This document shows, in pieces, positions 19,341 through 29,031 of a stretch of DNA of 64,000 bases. The stretch covers positions 1,504,001-1,568,000 of the forward strand of contig JASGJH010000001.1 of the NCBI GenBank assembly GCA_047601445.1, in the 5' to 3' direction. The DNA is from Myxococcales bacterium. Lineage in GTDB: Bacteria; Myxococcota_A; Polyangia; Polyangiales; DASUME01. The notes below the pieces were generated by a model. The model saw only the letters and a program-made list of their open reading frames with translations, was not told where the DNA came from and ran no database searches. Numbering within the stretch: the first letter of the stretch is position 1; the number at the start of each line of letters is the position of its first letter. The position numbers were made by a program, and so were the translations under genes.

Positions 19341-20087
19341 ATGACAGCGGATGCAGCGGCCAGCGATGATGCTCCCATTCGCGTCCTCCTCGTGGAGGAC
19401 GACGAACGTCTGGCACGCCTTACGCAGCGCTATCTCGAGAGCCACGCCATCGTGGTGACCTGGGTGGCCGACGGCCTGCAAGGATTGACGGAAGCGCTCT
19501 CGAATCGTCCTGATGTGGTGTTGCTCGACATCTCACTGCCAGGCATGGACGGCCTCTCCGTGTGCCGCGAACTACGCGCGCGCAGCGACGTGCCGCTGGT
19601 GATGCTGACGGCGCGCGACGAAGAGGACGATCGGGTGGCGGGGCTGGAGCTCGGTGCCGACGACTACATGGCCAAGCCGTTCTCCTCGCGCGAGCTCCTG
19701 GCGCGACTGCGCGCCCACGCGCGGCGCGCGCGAGGCCGCGTGGGGCCTGCTCAGAAACTGCTGCAGGTCGGACGCCTGACGCTCGACCCGCGCACGCTCG
19801 CGGCCACCTTGGACGGCCGTCCCCTGTCCCTCACGGCCTACGAGTTCGCGCTGCTGCGTGCGTTGGCCGAGCACGCAGGGCGCGTCCTCGGGCGGGAACA
19901 ACTGCTGGTGCTGGCCAAAGGCAGCGCAGAAGAGGCCTTCGACCGCTCCATCGACGTGCAGATCTCGCGTCTGCGCCAGAAGCTCGGTGACGATTCGCGC
20001 CAACCGACGCTGCTGAAGACGATCCGAGGCGCCGGCTACATGCTGGCCCCCGAAGCGCCGCCGTCTACAAAGGAGACCTCGCGGTGA
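19341..20087 (+). CDS. OmpR/PhoB-family response regulator
   Basis: VLLVEDD, LLDISLPG, GADDYMAKPF; winged-helix DRSIDVQISRLRQKL...TIRGAGY. Confidence 0.95.
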   Translation: MTADAAASDDAPIRVLLVEDDERLARLTQRYLESHAIVVTWVADGLQGLTEALSNRPDVVLLDISLPGMDGLSVCRELRARSDVPLVMLTARDEEDDRVAGLELGADDYMAKPFSSRELLARLRAHARRARGRVGPAQKLLQVGRLTLDPRTLAATLDGRPLSLTAYEFALLRALAEHAGRVLGREQLLVLAKGSAEEAFDRSIDVQISRLRQKLGDDSRQPTLLKTIRGAGYMLAPEAPPSTKETSR

Positions 20088-21457
20088 AGCTGAAGCGAAT
20101 CCTGCGTCCTCTCACGCTCCGCATCTACTTGGTGAGCCTCGCGCAGCTGCTGGCAGTGGCTGGTCTGGTCATGTTGGTCGGCTTCCTGTCCTTTCAGCCC
20201 AATGCCCACGGGGGCATGGGTCGAGAGTCTCGCTTCGCGATGCAGCTCGCCCTCGACAACCTCGATGACCCGCCGAGCCTTCAGCGCGAGCTGCGTCGGA
20301 TCCGCAAGAGCCTCGATGGACGCCTGAGCATCTACGACGCCGGTGGCCATTTGCTCGCCTCCAATGTGAAGCCCGCGGTCCAGGCGCTGACTGCCGTCCA
20401 GGTCCACCAGGTCCAGCGCGATCCCTACTTCTTCGTGCACGGTCGGCCGCCGCTGCTCGCCATGGCGCTGGGGCGAGGACCCACGTTTCGCGGCTATGCC
20501 GTGTATCAACCGGGCCGGCCGCCTCCGCCTCCTCGACACATGTTGTGGGGTCTAGCGATCGCGCTGGTCGCAGCCGCGGTGGCCTCGGTGTTGCTCGCGC
20601 GCTCCTTCGCCAAGCCGCTGAACGCCCTGGGAGATGCCACGCGTCGCTTCGGAACCGGGGACCTCAACGCCCGTGCACGTCTCAAGCGACGCGACGAGTT
20701 CGGCGCCGTGGCCGACGCTTTCGACGAGATGGCCGAGCGGGTGGCGCGCGTCGTGCGCTCCCAGCAAGAGCTGCTGGCCAACGTGTCCCACGAACTGCGA
20801 ACACCGCTGGCCCGTATCCGTGTGGCGCTCGACCTGGCCGCAGAAGGAGACGCCAGCGTGGCACGCGAAGCGCTCTCGGAGATCAACGAAGACCTCGCAG
20901 AGCTCGAGCGACTGGTGACGGACGTGCTTCAGACCGCGCGCGTGGATCTGGCCGCAGGACGTGCGGGTCACGGCTTGCCCAATCTGCGCAGCGAGCCCGT
21001 CCACGTGGCCCAGTTGCTCCAGCGAGCGGCGGCGCGCTTCCAGGCGGCTCATCCGGAGCGGCGCCTCGACATGATTCGCGACCCTGCCCTTCCCACGCTA
21101 ATCGGCGACGAAGTGCTGTTGCGCAGGGTCATCGACAACCTGTTGCAGAACGCCCGCACCTACTCGGAAAGTGGGACCACGATGCGCCTCGAAGCGCGTG
21201 CAACGCCGGGCAACCTCGAGATCTTGGTGGAAGATCAGGGCGTGGGCATCGCTCCCGAGGACTTACCCCATATCGCCACGCCCTTCTTCCGCAGCGACCG
21301 TACCCGCGGACGCCGCAGCGCTGGCCTGGGGCTCGGTCTTTCGATGGCCAAGCGCATCGTCGAAGGCCATCAAGGCTCGCTCACCATCGAGAGTCAGTTG
21401 GGCAAGGGCACACGTGTCCGACTCGTGTTCAGGGCCCCCGAGCAGGTCATCGACTGA
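20084..21457 (+). CDS. HAMP-domain sensor histidine kinase (cognate of the upstream OmpR regulator)
   Basis: Two TM helices, HAMP RRDEFGAVADAFDEM, VSHELRTPL, NLLQNA, DQGVG, GLGLGL; GTGA overlap with the regulator. Confidence 0.93.
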   Translation: MKLKRILRPLTLRIYLVSLAQLLAVAGLVMLVGFLSFQPNAHGGMGRESRFAMQLALDNLDDPPSLQRELRRIRKSLDGRLSIYDAGGHLLASNVKPAVQALTAVQVHQVQRDPYFFVHGRPPLLAMALGRGPTFRGYAVYQPGRPPPPPRHMLWGLAIALVAAAVASVLLARSFAKPLNALGDATRRFGTGDLNARARLKRRDEFGAVADAFDEMAERVARVVRSQQELLANVSHELRTPLARIRVALDLAAEGDASVAREALSEINEDLAELERLVTDVLQTARVDLAAGRAGHGLPNLRSEPVHVAQLLQRAAARFQAAHPERRLDMIRDPALPTLIGDEVLLRRVIDNLLQNARTYSESGTTMRLEARATPGNLEILVEDQGVGIAPEDLPHIATPFFRSDRTRGRRSAGLGLGLSMAKRIVEGHQGSLTIESQLGKGTRVRLVFRAPEQVID

Positions 21458-21476
21458 GCCGCGGTCTCTGCATGCG

Positions 21477-24400
21477 TCAGCGCGCGGCTGCCGACAGTAC
21501 GTCCGCGAGCTTGTCGGTATCGAGCGGCTTCACGCAGTGGCGGTCGAAGCCAGCCTCCTGCGCTTGACGCAGATCCTCTTCGCTCCCCCAGCCCGTAAGC
21601 GCCACCAGCAGCGGTTGGCTCCGACTCGTCCGATCGGCACGAATACGCCGCGCCACCTCGTAGCCGTCGATGCCAGGCAATCCGATGTCGAGGATCACCA
21701 GGTCCGGAGCGAATTCGTCGCACGCACTCACCGCCGATAGGCCGCTGTGCTCGACGCGCGTCTCGTGGCCTCGCAGATCCAGCAGCATCGCCAGCGCTTC
21801 GGCACCGTCGACGTTGTCGTCCACCACCAGCACCTTCAAGTGCGAATCCCGCCCGACGTGCTTGCGTCGACCCTCACCGAGCCGACTCGTGTATCCGGCA
21901 CTGGCCAACGCTGGCAGCCGGATCGTGAATGAGCTGCCCAGCCCGACGCCGTCACTCTTGGCCGCTACCGTGCCGCCATGCAGCTCCACCAGACGCCGAA
22001 CCAGCGTGAGCCCGATGCCTAGCCCTCCCTGCGAGCGTTCGATCGAGCGCCCCACTTGCGTGAACATGTCGAACACGCGCGGCAACATCTCCGCCGGGAT
22101 CCCGATGCCGCTGTCGCTGACGCTCACCACCAGCGTGGAGCCTTCGAGGCGTGCTTCGAGCGCGATGGTGCCGCCCTGGGGCGTGTACTTGGCCGCGTTG
22201 TTCACCAGGTTGGCCACGATCTGGGCCATGCGTGTGATATCGGCTTCCATCATCAGGGGGGTCTTCGGCAGCATGACCTCGAGCTGATGGCGCCCCGACT
22301 CCACCAGGGGCAAGGCCGTCTCGAGCGCGCTGTGCACGGCGTCGCGGAAGTCGATGCGCTCGCGCTTGAGCTTCACCTTGCCCAGCGTGATGCGCGAGAT
22401 GTCGAGCAAGTCGTCGATCATGCGCACCATGTGTCCGAGCTGACGCTCCATCATCGCACGGGTGCGCTCGGCCTGGGGAGTATCACCGGCCAGCCGCAGC
22501 ACGCCAAGGCCGGTGCGGATCGGCGCCAGCGGATTGCGCAGTTCATGGGCCAGGGTGGCCAGAAACTCGTCTTTGCGACGGTCTTGGTCCCGCAACTGTT
22601 CGTTGAGGCGCGCGTTCTCCTCCGCGATGGCGGCGATGTGCCGGGCCTCACCCCGCTCCCGCTCGAGGGCCGTGCTCAGCCGTTCGCGGTCGCGGCGCTG
22701 GGCGGTCACGTCGAGACTCACGCCGTCGAAGCGAATGGGCGTGCCGTCCTCGTCGTAGGTCGCAGCGCCCTGGGCACGGATCCACTTCGTGGTTCCCGTG
22801 CGTCGGTCGATGACCCGATAGGTCGCGTCGTAGCGCGTGCGGTTGGCGATGGAGGCCTCCACGGCACTGCGCGTCGCCTCGCGATCGTCGGGGTGCAAAC
22901 TCGCGTAGAAGTCCTCGATGTGTGTCGTCTCGCCGGGCGCGATGAAGAACTGCTCGCGCGCGAGGTCGTCCCAGTTCACCCACCGGAGTGGCAGGTCGCA
23001 ATACCAGAAGCCCACCTTGGCGACCCTCGCCGCGAAGTCGAGGCGCGCTCTACTCTCGAGCAAGGCTCGCTCGGCCTCGAAGCGCGCGGTGACGTCGCGG
23101 GTCATCCCCAGGTGCGCCAGCTGTCCGTCGGCGCAGGCCAAGGGCACGGCGGTGGTCTCCAGGCTGCGCAGGGTGCCGCGCAGGCCGCGGATCTGAAACT
23201 CGAGGGTGCCACCGTGCCCGGCGCAGACGCGCTCGTTGAACGCGCGAAAGCGCTCGCGATGCTCGGGCACCACGAAGTCGTATACGGAGCGTCCGATCAC
23301 GCTCTCCGCGGTGGGCGCCTCGATCATGCTCAGCCCCGCTGGGTTCAACTGCAGCAGCGAGCCGTCCGCGGACACCAGCTTCACCCACTCCGGAGAGGCC
23401 TCCACGATGGCCCGGTAGCGCGCCTCGCTCTCGCAGAGATTCCGCGTCATGCGCGAACGCTCGAGTGCCTCCCAGCAACGCCCGGCCACCGTCCGTGTGA
23501 TCTCGACCTCGTAGGAGGTCCAGCGCCGGGGCTCGGCTTGATGAATGGCCATCGCCGCGATCAACTTGCCCTCCTTGTGGAGGGGAACGACGACCACGGC
23601 ACGGATCTGGAGCGCTTCGTAGATCGATCGGTGATCGGGATCGACCTCGCGTGCGTCCCAGGTGTCGCACGCCACGAAAGGACGGCCAGCCAGCATGCTC
23701 TCCAGGCAGGCCGGTCCGAAGCTCGTGGCCGGCCAGCGCCCCACGATGCTGGGCACACCGCGCGCGTAGTCTCCGGTGACGCAGACCGTGGTCTCCTCGT
23801 GGACCTCCGCGTAAGCGCAGCGATCGGCCCCCACGTGCTCCGCCAACATGCGCGACGCGGTCTGCATCACTTCCGCCGCCTCGCTAAGCGGCTCGGTGGC
23901 ACGCGTAAGATCGGCCAAGAAACGATGCCGCTCGGCGTTGTGGCGACCGAGCTCCTCGGCACGCTGACGCTCGATGGCCAGCGCCGCCGTGCGAGCCAGC
24001 ATCTTGACGAGGCGGCGCTCCTGCTCGCTCGGCGCACGCCTCTCGGAGAAGTACGTCCCGAAGGTCCCGAGCACGGTGCCAGTCGAAGAGAGAATGGGCT
24101 GCGACCAGGCCGCCATGAGCCCTATTTCGAGCGGAATGTGCTTGAAGTTGGCCCAGGCAGGATCCGTCTCGATATCGACGGTGCTCACCACCTCCCCGCG
24201 CGACGCCGCCGCACTGCAAGTCCCCAGATCGGGCGCGATCACGATGCCCTCCACAGCCGCGTGGTAGGCAGGCGGAAGGTTGGGCGCAGCGCCGACCGTC
24301 AGATGCGCACCCGTGTCGTCGACGAGCAGCACGCCGCAGCGGACCGACTCGCCCTGAGACTCCACCAACAGACATAGCTCTGCGAGCAGCTCCGAAAGCG

Positions 24401-24497
24401 GGCAGCCCCGCACGATCATCTCCAGCACTCGGCTCTGGGCCTCTAGAAATGCGTCTGCTTTACTCAGGGGTTCCTCACGTGCTTGCGCGCTACCCAT
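21477..24497 (-). CDS. Hybrid sensor kinase (GAF, GAF, PAS, PAS, HisKA, HATPase, REC)
   Basis: GAF AAWSQPILSSTGTVLGTF; second GAF ADRCAYAEV; FLATLAHELRNPL; REC VLVVDDN...ILDIGLP. Confidence 0.93.
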   Translation of the reverse strand: MGSAQAREEPLSKADAFLEAQSRVLEMIVRGCPLSELLAELCLLVESQGESVRCGVLLVDDTGAHLTVGAAPNLPPAYHAAVEGIVIAPDLGTCSAAASRGEVVSTVDIETDPAWANFKHIPLEIGLMAAWSQPILSSTGTVLGTFGTYFSERRAPSEQERRLVKMLARTAALAIERQRAEELGRHNAERHRFLADLTRATEPLSEAAEVMQTASRMLAEHVGADRCAYAEVHEETTVCVTGDYARGVPSIVGRWPATSFGPACLESMLAGRPFVACDTWDAREVDPDHRSIYEALQIRAVVVVPLHKEGKLIAAMAIHQAEPRRWTSYEVEITRTVAGRCWEALERSRMTRNLCESEARYRAIVEASPEWVKLVSADGSLLQLNPAGLSMIEAPTAESVIGRSVYDFVVPEHRERFRAFNERVCAGHGGTLEFQIRGLRGTLRSLETTAVPLACADGQLAHLGMTRDVTARFEAERALLESRARLDFAARVAKVGFWYCDLPLRWVNWDDLAREQFFIAPGETTHIEDFYASLHPDDREATRSAVEASIANRTRYDATYRVIDRRTGTTKWIRAQGAATYDEDGTPIRFDGVSLDVTAQRRDRERLSTALERERGEARHIAAIAEENARLNEQLRDQDRRKDEFLATLAHELRNPLAPIRTGLGVLRLAGDTPQAERTRAMMERQLGHMVRMIDDLLDISRITLGKVKLKRERIDFRDAVHSALETALPLVESGRHQLEVMLPKTPLMMEADITRMAQIVANLVNNAAKYTPQGGTIALEARLEGSTLVVSVSDSGIGIPAEMLPRVFDMFTQVGRSIERSQGGLGIGLTLVRRLVELHGGTVAAKSDGVGLGSSFTIRLPALASAGYTSRLGEGRRKHVGRDSHLKVLVVDDNVDGAEALAMLLDLRGHETRVEHSGLSAVSACDEFAPDLVILDIGLPGIDGYEVARRIRADRTSRSQPLLVALTGWGSEEDLRQAQEAGFDRHCVKPLDTDKLADVLSAAAR

Positions 24498-24817
24498 GGA
24501 TGCCTTACCTGACGGTTGCTCGGTGGCTCCCCACTCTGGTCCGTGCCTCCTGGAACGTCGAGAGCGCTCCTCGCGTCGCAGCGCGCTCGATTGAACCTGC
24601 TAGGCCAGAAGCGGCACTCGTCCGCACGCCGCGGGCCCAATCCCGAACCTGACGCTGCCTCGAAAATGCCCCAAGCGAGCCTCACGATTTCTGGTCGTAT
24701 GGCGCAGCGCCGCAGCTCTCAATTTCGAGCCGAAGAAGTCAGCGCCCGACGCTCAGATTCCTCGAGCGAAGCACGCATCCGCACGAAGAAAGGCACATAC
24801 CATGCTTACGTGGAGGC

Positions 24818-25744
24818 ATGCGCTCCAGTCCGTGGAAGCATCTGGGTGACGGCAAGCTTCATGACCGCCACCATCGTCCCCAAGGCGGGCGCGCCGACCT
24901 CCATTACGAGGCGCACGTCCCCTTCCCGCGCTGGTCGGTCCCCCTGGTTTGCGGCGGGCTGATCTGCCTCATGGCCTTGTTCGATCTTGCGACCGGCGCA
25001 GAGCACCACGTTTCCGCACTCTATTTCGCCCCCGTGTTCGTGGCGGCTTGGTTTGGGAGCCGCCTCCTGTGGATCACGGCCGTGGTGGCCGCGGCCCTGG
25101 CCGCGTCGTTGACCTACCCCGAGCTCGGCACGCGCTTCTCGAGCTACGCGAATATCTACCTGAACCTGGCGACCCAGCTGGTGGCGTTCACGCTGGTGGG
25201 TTCCCTGACCGAGATGGTGCGTCGCAAGAACCTGCGGGACTTGTGGACCCTGCAGCACGACGCGTTGACGGGCGCTTACAACACGGCTGGCTTTCGTCAG
25301 CGCCTGGAGCTCGACATCAAGTACGTGGGCCGCTTCGGGCGCACGCTGACGCTGGCTTACCTCGACCTCGACAACTTCAAGGCCGTGAACGATTCGCAGG
25401 GCCACCGCGCGGGCGACGACGTTCTCCGCCTGGCCGTGCGTCTGATTCGGGCCTCCCTGCGCGAGACCGATCTGCTGGCGCGGCTCGGCGGCGATGAGTT
25501 CGCCATCTTGCTACCCGAGACCGATGCGGAGGGCGCCCACGTGATCCTCGAGCACATCCGCCAGACCCTCGAGCGCGAGATGCACGAGTGCGGGTGCAAC
25601 GTCACGGCCAGTATCGGCGCCCTGAGCCTCAACGTCGTCCCGTCGAATGCAGACAGTGTGATCGCGATGGCGGACCAGCTCATGTACAGCGTCAAGAAGC
25701 ACGGAAAGAACCGCGTCGTGGTCGACGACCGGACGGATGGTTGA
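24818..25744 (+). CDS. Membrane-anchored diguanylate cyclase (GGDEF)
   Basis: DALTG, DLDNFKAVNDSQGH..GD; RETDLLARLGGDEF gives an intact A-site and an RxxD I-site; N-terminal TM helices; start uncertain. Confidence 0.92.
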   Translation: MRSSPWKHLGDGKLHDRHHRPQGGRADLHYEAHVPFPRWSVPLVCGGLICLMALFDLATGAEHHVSALYFAPVFVAAWFGSRLLWITAVVAAALAASLTYPELGTRFSSYANIYLNLATQLVAFTLVGSLTEMVRRKNLRDLWTLQHDALTGAYNTAGFRQRLELDIKYVGRFGRTLTLAYLDLDNFKAVNDSQGHRAGDDVLRLAVRLIRASLRETDLLARLGGDEFAILLPETDAEGAHVILEHIRQTLEREMHECGCNVTASIGALSLNVVPSNADSVIAMADQLMYSVKKHGKNRVVVDDRTDG

Positions 25745-25881
25745 GGTCGCGGTACACCCTCAATCATGGACCGCGCAGCGGGGATCGCGGACCGCATGCA
25801 AGCGAATGGGCAGCGGCATGGCAGGGCGCGGCGTCGAACTTTTTTGGCGTCGTGTGCGAATTTGGCGTGTCAACGTGTCCT

Positions 25882-26856
25882 ATGGGCAAAGAGCGGCGCA
25901 CGGCCCGCGGCGTCCTGGCGTTGTGCGCGCTGGGCGTCGCAGCCAGCCTGGGAGCGGGATCCATTCTGCAAGCACGGGCACCCGCGCGCGGCGCGCTGTC
26001 GAAACCGACTCCCGCCGGCGCGCCCGCGCCGAGCGTCGCCATGCGCAGTGCGTTGCCCGAGTTGCCCGCGATCGATCTCTCACCCGAAGCGCGCCGCCAC
26101 CTCACGCGCTCCATCGAGCTCACGGCCCAGGGCCGGTTCGACCAGGCGCGCGCCAGCTGTCGCGCCGTGATGTCCCAGGTATCTCCGGCGGTCATTTCGG
26201 CCTGCGTCGCCCCCATCGACGGACTCACGGGGCGCTACGAGGTCGCGCGCCACAGTCTGGAGCGAGCGCTGGATACGGCGGGCAGCCTGGAGCAGCAAGT
26301 GTGGCTTTATACCCTGCTTGGGGAGCTCGCCTACTGGAACGGTGATCTGCAGCGCGCAGAGCAGGCACTCGGATCGGCGCTCGCGCTGGCGCCCACGCAG
26401 CGGCGACTGCTCGGACTCCACGTGGACCTCTTGCTCGACACCGGCCGCGCGCGTCAGGCGCTCAGTGTGCTGGCAGGTCAGGACACCGATGACGGCATGC
26501 TGCTGCGCGAGACCCTGGCCTATCAGCAACTCGGTCTGGTCCAGGCGGCGCGCGCGTCCGCCCAACGCTTGCAGCGGCGCTACGACGAAGCCGCCATGCG
26601 CGGCACGCCTGCGCCTCTGCGCGACGAAGCCCGCTTCTACGTGAACATGCCTGGCCACGAGCGACGCGCACTCGAGCTTTCCCGTGCTTCCTTCGCGCAG
26701 GGGCAGAGTCCCTGGGACGCACGCCTGCTACTCGAGGCCGCGGTCCACCTCGGCGACGCGCGCGCTGCGCAGCCCGCCCTGGCCTGGCTGCGCCGCACCA
26801 ACCTCGAGTCCCCGGCGCTGCATCTCTTGGCGGCTCAACTGACCTTCGCTCATTGA
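25882..26856 (+). CDS. Exported tetratricopeptide-repeat protein
   Basis: Signal-like N-terminus; helical repeats QGRFDQARASC and WLYTLLGELAYWNGDLQRAEQAL. Confidence 0.65.
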   Translation: MGKERRTARGVLALCALGVAASLGAGSILQARAPARGALSKPTPAGAPAPSVAMRSALPELPAIDLSPEARRHLTRSIELTAQGRFDQARASCRAVMSQVSPAVISACVAPIDGLTGRYEVARHSLERALDTAGSLEQQVWLYTLLGELAYWNGDLQRAEQALGSALALAPTQRRLLGLHVDLLLDTGRARQALSVLAGQDTDDGMLLRETLAYQQLGLVQAARASAQRLQRRYDEAAMRGTPAPLRDEARFYVNMPGHERRALELSRASFAQGQSPWDARLLLEAAVHLGDARAAQPALAWLRRTNLESPALHLLAAQLTFAH

Positions 26857-26899
26857 GCGACCGCAGCGGACGCGCGTTCACCGGGAACCGGCTTGCACG

Positions 26900-28126
26900 G
26901 TGAGATCCGGGATCCATCGTGTCCGCATGGGACATTGCTGCATTGCAGGAGGCGGGCCCGCAGGGATGATGCTGGGCTATCTCTTGGCGCGGGCCGGCGT
27001 CGAAGTGAGCGTGCTCGAGAAGCATGCCGATTTCCTCCGAGATTTCCGCGGCGACACCATCCACCCCTCGACATTGCAGGTGATGCACGAGCTCGGCTTT
27101 TTGGAAGAACTGCTCGCACGCCCACACACGGAGGCGCGCGAATTGAGCGGCAACCTCACCGGTGAGCACTTCCAGCTGGCGGACTTCAGCCACTTGCCCA
27201 CGCAGGCGCGCTTCGTGGCCTTCATGCCCCAGTGGCACTTCCTCGAGTTCCTGGCGGAGAAGGCTCGCCTGTTCTCGAACTTCCATTTGCGCATGGAGAC
27301 CGAGGTCCTGGATCTCGTGCGCGAGCGCGAGCACGTGGTGGGCGTGGTGGTGGGCACCCGCGATGGCCCCGAGGAGGTACGCGCAGACCTGGTGGTGGGG
27401 GCCGACGGTCGTCACTCCATCGTACGCGACCAGGCCAACCTCGACGTCGAAGACATCGGAGCTCCCATGGACGTGCTGTGGTTTCGCCTGTCGAAGCGCG
27501 AGAACGACGCCCGCGACACGCTCGCCCACATCGGCCAAGGGCACATCTTGATCACCATCGAGCGCGAGAACTACTGGCAGTGCGGCTACGTCATCCCCAA
27601 GGGCGGCTACGCCGAACTGCACCAGCTCGGCATCGATCTACTGCGCCAGCAGTTGGTGGCCGTGGCGCCCTTTCTGCGCACGCGGGTGGCCGAGCTCTCC
27701 AGCTGGGAGCACCTGAAGCTGCTCACGGTGAAGGTCGACCGGCTGCGCGAGTGGGCCATCCCCGGCTTGCTGTGCATCGGCGATGCGGCACACGCCATGT
27801 CACCCATCGGAGGCGTCGGCATCAACCTGGCGATTCAAGATGCGGTGGCCGCCTCCAACCTGCTCGCACAGATTCTGTCGCAGCGCGCGCCCACGGCGGG
27901 GGAGCTACGACGGGTACAACGCCGACGCGAACGTCCCGCGCGACTCACCCAACTGATGCAGGTGGCCATCCAAAACCGACTGATCCAACCAACGCTCGAG
28001 GGCGAGACCGTCCGGGTGCCCTCGGCCTTGCGGCTCTTGAATCGCTCGCCGCTGCTGCGGCGCCTGCCCGCGCGCCTGATGGGCATGGGATTCCTGCCGG
28101 AGCACGTGGAAACTAGCGCCGCCTGA
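26900..28126 (+). CDS. FAD-dependent oxidoreductase (class A flavoprotein monooxygenase family)
   Basis: CCIAGGGPAG, LEKHADFLRDFRGDT, VGADGRHS and IGDAAHAMSPIGGVGINLAIQDA motifs; alternative ATG at 26927. Confidence 0.9.
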   Translation: MRSGIHRVRMGHCCIAGGGPAGMMLGYLLARAGVEVSVLEKHADFLRDFRGDTIHPSTLQVMHELGFLEELLARPHTEARELSGNLTGEHFQLADFSHLPTQARFVAFMPQWHFLEFLAEKARLFSNFHLRMETEVLDLVREREHVVGVVVGTRDGPEEVRADLVVGADGRHSIVRDQANLDVEDIGAPMDVLWFRLSKRENDARDTLAHIGQGHILITIERENYWQCGYVIPKGGYAELHQLGIDLLRQQLVAVAPFLRTRVAELSSWEHLKLLTVKVDRLREWAIPGLLCIGDAAHAMSPIGGVGINLAIQDAVAASNLLAQILSQRAPTAGELRRVQRRRERPARLTQLMQVAIQNRLIQPTLEGETVRVPSALRLLNRSPLLRRLPARLMGMGFLPEHVETSAA

Positions 28127-28251
28127 GTCGCCTTCCGTCCCCGAATGCGGTGGCCACAAGTTGAGCTTTCAGCGCGCTGGCTTGGGGACATGATTTGGCA
28201 GGGCTCTCCGAGGTGTGGAGTTTTGGGGCATACTCGCCTGCGGGGGGACCG

Positions 28252-28992
28252 ATGAGGACTCACGCAGCTGGGAGCGAGGGATCACTGCCGCCCGGCCAGA
28301 ACCAACATATCGTTCAGTTCTACGACTACGAGTGGGAACTGGTGGTGCCGGCGGCGAAGTTTTTGTTCGCGGGTCTCAAGGCCGGAGAGTCCCTCGTCAT
28401 CGCGTCCACGCCCGAGCACGCGCAAGCATTCGTGCTCGCCATCGAGAGTCTGGGCGGCGACCTGACGGCGGCCTTCGAGCGCGACCGCCTGCTCGTGTTG
28501 GATGCCTACGCGGGTGTCGCGGCGGTGACACGGAACGGTCGCCCGGACCGCGAGCTCATGCGCGCATGGCTCGAGCCTCATCTCGGTCGGCTGCTCCAAG
28601 GTAGCCGCAACGGGCGCCTGTGCGTGTTCGGGGAGCTCGTGAGCCTGCTCGCGCGCGCGGGGCATTTCGAAGGTGCGCTGGAACTGGAGGCGCTTTGGGA
28701 CGAGTTGATGTCGGAGCTCTCGTTCTCCCTGTTCTGCGCCTATCGCTTGGCGGACTTCCCGCGCGAGGCGGACCGCCACCCCTTCCGGCAGGTCTGCTGC
28801 GCCCACGGGCGCATTCAGCCCGCCACCCCGGCAAGCATCCTGGCCGACCGTGATCGTATGGCCTTGCGCATCGCCGAACTCGAGCAGCTCGCGGGCACCG
28901 TGCACGCCGAAGTGAGTCATCGAAGACACCTGGAGGCGACTTTGCGTGAGATGCAACAGGATCTCGCCGGCTACTCCAAGCCACCGTCATAG
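28252..28992 (+). CDS. Stand-alone MEDS sensory-domain protein with C-terminal coiled coil
   Basis: HIVQFY, FGELVSLL, ALELEALW, SLFCAY and VCCAH motifs of MEDS domains. Confidence 0.8.
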   Translation: MRTHAAGSEGSLPPGQNQHIVQFYDYEWELVVPAAKFLFAGLKAGESLVIASTPEHAQAFVLAIESLGGDLTAAFERDRLLVLDAYAGVAAVTRNGRPDRELMRAWLEPHLGRLLQGSRNGRLCVFGELVSLLARAGHFEGALELEALWDELMSELSFSLFCAYRLADFPREADRHPFRQVCCAHGRIQPATPASILADRDRMALRIAELEQLAGTVHAEVSHRRHLEATLREMQQDLAGYSKPPS

Positions 28993-29031
28993 ATCCGCGC
29001 CGGCGCCCTGAGGTAGGGTGGCCGTCGCGGT

